A stretch of 32,000 nt of DNA. It comes from Tannockella kyphosi. Lineage in GTDB: Bacteria > Bacillota_I > Bacilli_A > Erysipelotrichales > Coprobacillaceae. Position numbers and translations under genes: made by a program. Position 1 is the stretch's first letter, and every line of letters starts with the position of its first letter. Shown here in pieces: positions 18,625 to 27,635 of the stretch. A model generated the notes under the pieces. It had not been told where the DNA came from. It searched no databases and was given only the letters and a program-made list of their open reading frames with translations. The stretch is from the NCBI RefSeq assembly GCF_021054785.1, contig NZ_CP088239.1:990001-1022000 (forward strand), written 5' to 3'.

Positions 18625-18729
18625 TTTTTTAAAAATAGCTTATTTTACCTTTTTTAGTGCGCTCTTTTTTAAGACTTAAAAGAAATTTAATTTTTTATCA
18701 TTTTTCTCTTGAAAAATCATAGTTGGTCT

Positions 18730-19986
18730 CCCTTTACAAATACAATCATTAACACCTTCTATTTGTAATGCTAATTCCTCTACTTCCAAAGGAGAAACTT
18801 TATTTCCTCCAGTAATAATAACATCATCTGCTCTACCTAACATATAAATTCTTCCTTCTTCATCTTTATATCCTAAATCAGAAGATTGTAAATATCCATT
18901 AATAATGGTTTTATTCGTTAATTCTGGTTCATTATAATAACACTTCATTTTCATTCCACCTGTATATGAAATATATCCTGGGTTTTCTAATGAGGCATCT
19001 TCCATTTCACCGCCATTTTCATCAACAATTCTAAATTGTGAATGAACTCCTGGGTAGCCTATACAGCTTTGTTTATTATCTTTCGAATTAAAGTTCAATA
19101 TACAAGCACATCCTACTTCTGTAGAACCATATATATTATATAAACGGACATTTGGTACTATTTGTAATAAATGTTCTTTATCTACTTCTGGTATAGGTGC
19201 TGATCCAAATTGAATATAATCTAATTGATCTGCATAATTCGCAATTCGATCCCTTGTCAATTTAAAAATAATACTCATTGCAGCTGGAGCCATTGCTAAT
19301 GCTGTTACTTTATATTTTTCAATCATATTAAATACTATTTTTACAAAAAATACACCATCTAATACTATAACAGTACTCCCATTAATCATATTCGCAAAAT
19401 ATCTTCTTAAACTAAAGGAATGATTCATTGGCATCGGTATGATTTCTACATTATCCTTTTTCATCTCAACACCATACATTACATTTTCTCCTACCGCTAC
19501 TTCTGCAAGATATTCTAAAACAATACCTTTCGACTTTCCAGTAGTTCCAGTAGTAAACAAAATCATTGAATCACCAACCATATTAGAAATATCAAAAGTA
19601 TTAACTACTCCTGTATAATTATATGCATCTTCGATGCAGTAACAATCATACCCATCTATTTTCATATCACCAAAGAACTTTGTTGCTTTTGTTTCCTTTA
19701 AAATCTCTTGAACTCTACCAACATTCACACTTTTTTCTAATGGAACAACTATTCCATTTATTAATTGAATAGCGTGTACTAATACTAAATAAGGAACAGA
19801 TTGACTATTCTTTACAACAATGCACTCATTGTCTTTTACACCTATTTCTAACAAATAACTAGCAGCAATATTTATCTTATCCCAATATTCTTGATAAGTT
19901 AGTTCTATCTTAACATCAATGATTGCTAGTTTATTGGGTGTACTTATTGCATGATTTCTAATACATTCTACTATTGATTTATTCAT
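18730..19986 (-). pseudogene. N-terminal 419 codons of the DltA-like AMP-dependent ligase (the listed ORF runs on into IS sequence to 18676)
   Basis: Adenylation motifs FTTGTTGKSKG (A3), NIYGSTE (A5) and GYLQSSDLGY...GRADDVII (A7/A8). GAGGAGG RBS. The last 17 residues of the listed ORF (RPTMIFQEKNDKKLNFF) are read from the IS110 right end. Confidence 0.85.
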
Positions 19987-20030
19987 CTGATTCCTCCTCT
20001 AATTCCCCAATATATCAATAGGAGCATTTT

Positions 20031-21641
20031 TTAAAATGCTCCATAAATAAACGCGCTTGCGTCATAACCAGCACCATACATCCCAAATATAATTACAATC
20101 ATTATTGCAACATAATAAATAATCCATCGAACAATTATATTTTGTTTTCCAATAGACTTTCTAATTTCAACCCCTTTTTCGTGTAAGATATCTACACCAA
20201 TCATACACACAACTCCTACGATTATAACAATAAAGTGTTTTTCAGTTAGGAGCGTACCATACAAATCGTGATTATAAACAATACTATTATTAAATATTTG
20301 CTTAAGTAATATAAAGAACCCTGTTGTAGTGCCAGTAATAGTAATCATTCTTCCTATACCAAATAAAAATATTGTTCTAAACATACAAAAAATATGATAA
20401 CAAAAGTTATTGCTTATAGAAATATTTTTAAATAATTTATCTGCTATTGGTTTAGTTTCTTTCGAAACAGTCATGATAGCACACCAATATAATCCCCATA
20501 AAATATAATCTATACCTGTTCCGTGCCAAATACCAGTAAATAACCATACTGTAATCAACGGGACAAATGCATTAATGAAAGATGCCCTCCATAGCTTTCC
20601 TGACTTTTTTAATTTCATCGTATATTTCATAAACTTTGAATTTACTGCTATAGGAAAGTAAATATAGTCTTTTGTCCAAGTTCCTAAAGTCATATGCCAT
20701 CTTGCCCAAAATTCAGAAGCACTCTTAGCAAAAAACGGTTGTTCAAAGTTTTTATCTAACTGTATACCGATTATTTCTGATATCCCTCGAACTATATCCA
20801 TACATCCACTAAAATCAGCATACAACTGAATAACACAAGAAATAATAGCTATTACTATTTCTATTGATGAATACTCTAATGGATTGGCAAATACAACAGT
20901 AGTATATGTTGCAATATAATTAGCAACAATTAATTTCTTACCATATCCCCATAGCATTAACTGTAACCCATGACAAGTACGATCAAAACTAAGACTAGGA
21001 AGGTTTTTCATTTGTTCTATTAATTTAGAATACTTACTTATCGGCCCTTGTACTATATGTGGGAAATAAATCATAGCAGCAAATAGATTGATAAAATCTT
21101 TTTCTGCTTCCGTTTTTTTCCAATATACATCCAACAAATATCCTATTGAAGATAAAGTGTAATAAGATATTCCTAAGGGAACTAGAATACCGAACCCAAA
21201 AGTCATGTTTGATATTTTTTCTAATATTTCAAAACTAAGTAATTTTGTAATTTTTACATAACCCCATATTGAAACAATCGTAAATATGGCAAGTTTCAAA
21301 TAAATAGTTGCTTTGTTTTTATATTGACTAAATAAGACTCTTTGTTCTTTAGGTGTTAGTCCTTGTTTTTCTTGATCAAACTCTTTATACACTTTTTCTA
21401 TTTTTCTAGATGAAAGATATACTGTTAATGCTGTTCCTACAACAATAATAGATGCTCCAACCCCATTCCAAAAATAGAATATCATACTTGCAATTAATAC
21501 TAGATATTTTCTAAGATTTGCATTTGGTAAAACAGCATACACTATAATAAAAAACATCAAACAAATCCCAAATAATCCTGATGTATAACTCAATTCTGCA
21601 TTCCACATCAATTGAGCAAAATTCAATATCCTATTTATCAT
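20031..21641 (-). CDS. MBOAT-family membrane O-acyltransferase (DltB/AlgI-like), 536 aa
   Basis: Polytopic, with MBOAT His motifs FWARWHMTLGTWTKDYIYFP and FTGIWHGTG. GGGGGAGG RBS. Confidence 0.85.
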   Translation of the reverse strand: MINRILNFAQLMWNAELSYTSGLFGICLMFFIIVYAVLPNANLRKYLVLIASMIFYFWNGVGASIIVVGTALTVYLSSRKIEKVYKEFDQEKQGLTPKEQRVLFSQYKNKATIYLKLAIFTIVSIWGYVKITKLLSFEILEKISNMTFGFGILVPLGISYYTLSSIGYLLDVYWKKTEAEKDFINLFAAMIYFPHIVQGPISKYSKLIEQMKNLPSLSFDRTCHGLQLMLWGYGKKLIVANYIATYTTVVFANPLEYSSIEIVIAIISCVIQLYADFSGCMDIVRGISEIIGIQLDKNFEQPFFAKSASEFWARWHMTLGTWTKDYIYFPIAVNSKFMKYTMKLKKSGKLWRASFINAFVPLITVWLFTGIWHGTGIDYILWGLYWCAIMTVSKETKPIADKLFKNISISNNFCYHIFCMFRTIFLFGIGRMITITGTTTGFFILLKQIFNNSIVYNHDLYGTLLTEKHFIVIIVGVVCMIGVDILHEKGVEIRKSIGKQNIIVRWIIYYVAIMIVIIFGMYGAGYDASAFIYGAF

Positions 21642-22083
21642 TATTCCTCCCCCTTAATATCCACTAGAACACATATTTCAACATGTACTAAATAAAAACT
21701 ATAATATATTATTTCTCCTTAACCATAGAGTATCTGCAAAGATGAAATGATTTCTATTGTCGTAATTATATCAATAACAAATTATAAAATAATATCATAA
21801 CCTCAACAACACATTTACTTCACTGGGATAAAAAACAAGACTTTAACAATTAATATTTATTAGATTTAAACAATCTCCATATTACTCTTATCTTGTGCCA
21901 TTTTTCATCCCACTATAGCATATATTATTTTAAAATTTAAATTATTTACATAAAACATTACTCTAGCTTGAAACAGTGAATATAATAACTTACGATAAAA
22001 ATTTATTTATAAAAAAGAGACTTTTATAATACTTGAGTTTTTATCATTCAGTCATCTTATATTTTTATCATTAAAATATTTAA

Positions 22084-22136
22084 AATAATGGATTCTAGTA
22101 AAGATATATATATCTTTTATTTAAGAATCCATTATT
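22084..22136 (-). terminator. Two-tier hairpin after polC (13-bp outer stem AATAATGGATTCT/AGAATCCATTATT enclosing an AAAGATATA/TATATCTTT hairpin)
   Basis: Read directly. It starts 3 nt after the polC stop. The downstream tract is only moderately T-rich, so terminator function is tentative. Confidence 0.45.
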
Positions 22137-22139
22137 ATT

Positions 22140-25100
22140 TTAAAACAAACTCAGCTGATTAGTCTCTTGCATATCTTTAAAAACACCCATTGATGTTAGT
22201 AACTTAATATGAGAGTTATTTAACTTAGTACGTTTTGTAACATCTTCAATTGATAAGAAAGCTCCATTCTTTCTTGCTTCAATTACAGTATTTGCAACAT
22301 TCGTACCTAGTGAATCCAATGCTGAAAAAGGTGGTAATATACCAAACTTATCATCAGGATCTAACGTAAAAGAATCAGCAGCAGATTTATCCAAACTAAT
22401 TGGGTTTAAATGATACCCTCTTTCAAACATTTCTAATACAATTTCTAATACATCCCATAAAGATTCATCTTTATTTGTAGCATCTCTATTTTCTCTAGCA
22501 ACTACTATTTGTTCACGTCTTTCTAACACAGCTTCTTTCCCACTACACATAGCCTCTAAATCAAAGGCATCACATCTAGTAGAAAAATAAACAGAATAAT
22601 ATTCTCTAGGATAATAAAGTTTCCACCAAGCAACACGAACAGCTGATAATACATAGGCAGCAGCATGTGCTTTCGGGAACATGTATTTAATTTTTTTACA
22701 TGAATCAATGTACCATTGAGGAACATTATGTTCCTTCATTAATTCTTCATATTTTTTAACAGGGAAGACTTCGGAAGACCTACCCTTTCTTACCACTTCC
22801 ATGATATCAAACGCAGCTTTATTAGGAAGTCCTTTTTCAATTAAATAAACCATAATATCATCACGACATCCAATTACTTCAGATAAAGTACATGTTTTGT
22901 TTTTAATCAACATTTCTGCATTACCTAAATAAACATCTGTACCATGAGAAAGCCCAGAAATAATAACTAAATCATTAAAATCTTTGGGTTGTGTTTGATC
23001 TAACATTTGACGAACAAAAGATGTACCAAATTCAGGTAAACCTAAAGCTCCATTTTTACAGTTAATAAATGATAAATCAACACCCATCTCTTTGGTTGAA
23101 GTAAATAAACTCATTACTTTTTTATCATTAGTAGGTATCGTTTTAGGATCAACTCCTGTTAAATCTTGTAAAGCACGTATCACTGTAGGATCAACGTGTC
23201 CTAGTATATCTAATTTTAATACATTATCATGAATAGCATGGAAATCAAAATGTGTTGTTTTCCATGGAGAATTTAAATCATCTGCAGGAAATTGAACTGG
23301 TGTGAAATCATAAACATCCATATCATTAGGTATTACAATAATACCTCCAGGATGTTGTCCAGTCGTTCTTTTAACTCCTTGACATCCTTTTGCAATACGT
23401 TCCAGTTCAGCTCCTCTAATAGAATCTTCTCTTCCAGTTAACTCACTATATCCCTTCGCATAACCATAAGCAGTTTTTTCAGCAACCGTTGAAATAGTAC
23501 CAGCTCTAAATACTTTATCTTCACCAAATAAAACTTTTGTATAATCATGTGCTTTTGATTGGTAAGCACCTGAGAAGTTTAAGTCAATATCTGGCACTTT
23601 GTCTGCTTCAAATCCTAAAAAGGTTTCAAAAGGAATATTATGACCTTCTCCTTTAAGTGGTTTCCCACAAACAGGACAATCCTTATTTTCTAAGTCATAC
23701 CCGTTGGCTACAACCCCTTCTTCCATAAATTCATTATAACCACAACTCAAACAAACATAATGTGGCGGTAATGGATTAACTTCTGTTATTCCAGACATCG
23801 TTGCTACAAATGAAGAACCAACAGAACCCCTTGAACCAACTAGATAACCATCATCATTCGATTTTTTTACTAACTTATGAGAAATATAGTATATTACTCC
23901 AAAACCATGTTTAATAATATTCCCTAATTCTCTTTCAAGACGTTTTTCTACAATATCAGGTAATTCTTTTCCATATAATGCATGCGCATTATCATAACAA
24001 ATAGATCGTAGATTTTCATCAGCACCTTCAATAAATGGTGTAAATAATTTATCATGAACCGGTTTTAATTCTTCAATCATGTCGGCTATCAAATTCGTAT
24101 TTGTAACAACATACTCAAAAGCTTCTTCTTTATCTAAATAATGAAAAGCATCTAACATTTCGGTAGTTGTACGTAAATATTGATTGGGTGTAAAAGCTTT
24201 AGGATTCTTACGATCACATAATGGATGTGCTTTTCTACTAATTCCAATTGTTGGATTGGAAATAAAAACATCACGATATATTTTATCTTTTGGATTTAAG
24301 AAATGGACATCTCCACTTGCTACAATAATTTTATTTTGATTTTTTGCTTCTTTTATGATTCTTAAAATAGATAGCTTTATTGCTTCCATACTATCTACTT
24401 TCCCGCGTTCCACTAAATGATAGTAATCTTCTAATGGTTGAATTTCAATATAATCATAATATGCGATAGCTTCTTTTAAAGACTTATCATTACCATAAAG
24501 AGCAATATCAAAAACATCACCTTGATAACAACTACTTCCATATAATAAACCTTCTCGATAAAAATCCAAACGTTCTTTAATAATTAACGCTTCTCTATGG
24601 TAATAAACAGTATTCGCTTCTGTTACTATCTTAAATAGATTTTTTAATCCAATTTTATTTTTTGCTAAAATAGTCATATGATTTGGGAAAACATATTTAT
24701 AAGCTTCCTCACTACTAATAGCTGTAACATCTAATAAGTTAAACTTGTTTTCATCAATCAATTGATAAATCATCATTGTTAGTACATCACCTAATACTTG
24801 CGCATCATAATCAGCTCTATGTGCTACTTCATCATCATAAGGCACCTTATATTGACGACATACATTTCCTAAACGATATGATTTCATTGGTTTTAAAATC
24901 ATTCGTGCTAATGGTAATGTATCAATAACAGGATTTGTTATTTCAGGTTGTCCCATTCGACTAAGATTTTCATTTAAAAAACCAATATCAAATTTCGCAT
25001 TATGTGCAACTAAAATACAGTCATCAAAGAATTCAAGAATTTTAGGCATAAACTCTTCAATCGTAGGAGCATTTTTTACCATTTCATTAGTAATACTAGT

Positions 25101-26462
25101 AAGATTACTAATTTTAGTACTTATTTGTTTTTGTGGATTAATAAAAGATTGTAAACGATCTACTACTTCTCCATGACAAATCTTCACTGCCCCAAATTCA
25201 GTAACACCATCATGAAATACAGATAACCCTGTTGTTTCTAAGTCAAAAGAAACATAAGTAGCATCTAATAATGAACAATCTTTCGAATTATAAACAATAT
25301 TCATTTCTGGATTCACAAAATTCAGTTCCACACCATAAATCATCTTTACATCATTTTTAGCACATGCTTGTTGGGCATCTGGGAAAGATTGACAATTCCC
25401 ATGATCACAAATAGCAATTGCTTTATGACCCCACTTCGCAACAGTTTTTACATAATCACCAATTTCATTAATTCCATCCATTGCAGACATTTTAGAATGT
25501 GTATGTAATTCAACGCGTTTTTCTTTTTCATTATCATTACGTTCTTTAGGTGAAGGCATACTTTCTATTTTACGTGCCATAATTGTGTTTTCCCCAGCAA
25601 AAGTATCAAATCGAATTTCACCACGAACTTCAACCCATCCTTTTGCTTTTTCCAACACTTTCATTTCTTCTACGCTACATGATCTTTTGTTTTCAAAACG
25701 TTTTACAATAATCGAATCTGTATAGTCTGTAATCCATAATGTTTGAATATGGCTACCAGCTTTTGTTTTTATTAAATCTGTTTTAAATATATATCCTCTT
25801 ACTAATACATTTTTTTCCATCGTACTAGAAGTAATCTCTGATAATAACATTTCAACAGATTTTCCTGCTTGATAATAATTATTTCCTGAAGAACCAGAAT
25901 ATGTTTTTGGTGTTTCATTCTTAGGGATTAAATCAGAAATATCGACTGTCGCTAATTTAACAGACTCCATTTCTTGGGTAGATTGAATATAATCATCATT
26001 TTTATCATCAATTTCAAAACTAACTTTTTTATTAATACCAATAATTTGAAACTGAGATTCAATATATTGTTTTGTTTTACAAATCTCTTGATAGTGACTT
26101 TTATTTACCGCTTTTATTATTATTTTATCTTTTATTTCTATTGGACAAAAAGTTAAAGAAGGTAAAGTAGGATAATCTGTTTCTAGTTTTTTTAATACAT
26201 AAGTTAAATAACTATTTATTTCTTCTTCATAATACTCATTTCCATCATTTACAAATTCAAAAGTACAAGGAAATTCAAATTTATAAGCATTTGATAATAA
26301 TAAAGCAAAATCACAATATGGTAATAAATTAGTAGAATAAATAGTAAAATGAAAGAAGTCTTTTGATCCTACTATTACCCGTTGAAGTGAAGCATCTTTT
26401 AATGCTGTCACCTGTTGTTCAATTTCTAGTTGTTTTAATAAAATATCAATCTTATTATTCAT
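22140..26462 (-). CDS. polC: DNA polymerase III alpha subunit, PolC type
   Basis: 1440 aa with PHP domain (ELHTHSKMS), inserted DEDDh exonuclease (FDLETTGL...HNAKFDIGFL...HRADYDA) and a Zn-finger segment (CLSCGY...CPVCG). AGGAGG RBS. Confidence 0.98.
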   Translation of the reverse strand: MNNKIDILLKQLEIEQQVTALKDASLQRVIVGSKDFFHFTIYSTNLLPYCDFALLLSNAYKFEFPCTFEFVNDGNEYYEEEINSYLTYVLKKLETDYPTLPSLTFCPIEIKDKIIIKAVNKSHYQEICKTKQYIESQFQIIGINKKVSFEIDDKNDDYIQSTQEMESVKLATVDISDLIPKNETPKTYSGSSGNNYYQAGKSVEMLLSEITSSTMEKNVLVRGYIFKTDLIKTKAGSHIQTLWITDYTDSIIVKRFENKRSCSVEEMKVLEKAKGWVEVRGEIRFDTFAGENTIMARKIESMPSPKERNDNEKEKRVELHTHSKMSAMDGINEIGDYVKTVAKWGHKAIAICDHGNCQSFPDAQQACAKNDVKMIYGVELNFVNPEMNIVYNSKDCSLLDATYVSFDLETTGLSVFHDGVTEFGAVKICHGEVVDRLQSFINPQKQISTKISNLTSITNEMVKNAPTIEEFMPKILEFFDDCILVAHNAKFDIGFLNENLSRMGQPEITNPVIDTLPLARMILKPMKSYRLGNVCRQYKVPYDDEVAHRADYDAQVLGDVLTMMIYQLIDENKFNLLDVTAISSEEAYKYVFPNHMTILAKNKIGLKNLFKIVTEANTVYYHREALIIKERLDFYREGLLYGSSCYQGDVFDIALYGNDKSLKEAIAYYDYIEIQPLEDYYHLVERGKVDSMEAIKLSILRIIKEAKNQNKIIVASGDVHFLNPKDKIYRDVFISNPTIGISRKAHPLCDRKNPKAFTPNQYLRTTTEMLDAFHYLDKEEAFEYVVTNTNLIADMIEELKPVHDKLFTPFIEGADENLRSICYDNAHALYGKELPDIVEKRLERELGNIIKHGFGVIYYISHKLVKKSNDDGYLVGSRGSVGSSFVATMSGITEVNPLPPHYVCLSCGYNEFMEEGVVANGYDLENKDCPVCGKPLKGEGHNIPFETFLGFEADKVPDIDLNFSGAYQSKAHDYTKVLFGEDKVFRAGTISTVAEKTAYGYAKGYSELTGREDSIRGAELERIAKGCQGVKRTTGQHPGGIIVIPNDMDVYDFTPVQFPADDLNSPWKTTHFDFHAIHDNVLKLDILGHVDPTVIRALQDLTGVDPKTIPTNDKKVMSLFTSTKEMGVDLSFINCKNGALGLPEFGTSFVRQMLDQTQPKDFNDLVIISGLSHGTDVYLGNAEMLIKNKTCTLSEVIGCRDDIMVYLIEKGLPNKAAFDIMEVVRKGRSSEVFPVKKYEELMKEHNVPQWYIDSCKKIKYMFPKAHAAAYVLSAVRVAWWKLYYPREYYSVYFSTRCDAFDLEAMCSGKEAVLERREQIVVARENRDATNKDESLWDVLEIVLEMFERGYHLNPISLDKSAADSFTLDPDDKFGILPPFSALDSLGTNVANTVIEARKNGAFLSIEDVTKRTKLNNSHIKLLTSMGVFKDMQETNQLSLF

Positions 26463-26504
26463 TGTATTCCTCCTTAATGTAAAAAAAGGAATACTCTTCC
26501 TTTT

Positions 26505-27590
26505 TTACCCAAAAATCCTTGATAAGTCTTGTACTGTAACAACCAACATTAGTCCTAAAACCAAAGCTAACCCTGCTACTTGTAAAGCATATTTTATTTT
26601 TATTGGTAATTCTTTACCAATAACACCTTCAATTAAAGCAAATATCACTTGGCATCCATCTAAGCCAGGAATTGGTAATAGATTAAATATTCCAATATTA
26701 ATTGATAATAAAGCCATCAATGAAAGAATAGTTGCAATAGAACCAGTTTCCGTTACTTGTGCTGTTATTGTATAAATCCCAGCTGGTCCTGATAATTGGC
26801 TAATTGTCTCACTTGAATTAGTTACTAATTCACTAAGTGTATCAAAAATTAATAATGCTGAATCTTGAAAACTCATAAGAGCTATTTTTATTGCATTGCC
26901 AAAAGACAAGGAAACATATGCTGGTGTAATTCCTAGTATAAAAGAATCATAGGAACTATCATAAACTATCTTTGAATCAATATTTACTGTTTGACTATCT
27001 CTTGTTATTTCTAAAACTATATCTAAATAATCAGGATCTTCTACTTGCAAAGTTTCATTACTAAATAGTGTTTGAATATCACTAAAAGAAGCAATAACAT
27101 ACTCACTTCCTAAAACTGTTATTTTATTAATAACATCGCCTTCTTCTAACCCAGCAATACTTGCTTGTGAATCTTCCGTAATTGTTCCAATTATTGGATT
27201 AGTTGATTGCACTTCCGTTGTTGCATAAATACCAATTAATAATGTAATAGCTAGCACAAAGTTCATAAATACACCAGCCAACATAATAACACAACGTTTC
27301 CAAGTATGAATTCCTTTTAGTGTTCTCTCTAAAGGGATATCCTTCATCATTTCATTTTCTTCTTGGTCAGCTTCTCCAGCCATGATTACATAACCACCGA
27401 TAGGGAGTAATCTTAATTGATATTCTGTCTCTCCACGTTTCACACCAATTAACTTAGGACCCATCCCTAATGAAAATTCAGGTGCATAGACACCAAATAA
27501 TTTAGCAGTTAAAAAGTGTCCTAACTCATGAATAAAAATAATACCACCTATAATTAATATAAAAACAATAATATTTATAATTGTTTGCAT
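26505..27590 (-). CDS. rseP: RIP (site-2) zinc metalloprotease RseP/RasP
   Basis: HELGH motif in TM1, an internal PDZ-like region and NLLPIPGLDG near the C-terminus. Confidence 0.9.
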   Translation of the reverse strand: MQTIINIIVFILIIGGIIFIHELGHFLTAKLFGVYAPEFSLGMGPKLIGVKRGETEYQLRLLPIGGYVIMAGEADQEENEMMKDIPLERTLKGIHTWKRCVIMLAGVFMNFVLAITLLIGIYATTEVQSTNPIIGTITEDSQASIAGLEEGDVINKITVLGSEYVIASFSDIQTLFSNETLQVEDPDYLDIVLEITRDSQTVNIDSKIVYDSSYDSFILGITPAYVSLSFGNAIKIALMSFQDSALLIFDTLSELVTNSSETISQLSGPAGIYTITAQVTETGSIATILSLMALLSINIGIFNLLPIPGLDGCQVIFALIEGVIGKELPIKIKYALQVAGLALVLGLMLVVTVQDLSRIFG

Positions 27591-27635
27591 TCTTGTACCT
27601 TAAAAACAAAAAAGTATTTGTTTTCCTTTCTTTCC

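Larger units (their letters stand above)
17219..18729 (+). mobile_element. IS110-family insertion sequence inserted in the ligase gene
   Basis: Carries a DEDD-type transposase and a ~240 nt 5' non-coding arm. Boundaries come from in-frame rejoining of the ligase halves with a CT dinucleotide at both junctions (17217-18 and 18728-29). Boundary uncertainty is a few nt. Confidence 0.8.

Noticed and set aside
21642-21720. A DltX-like small ORF or leader peptide upstream of the MBOAT gene
   Set aside because: The AAGGAGA at 21714-21720 (minus strand) is followed only by ATA/ATT codons and an early TAG. The only ATG-initiated ORF nearby is 6 codons long with no RBS.
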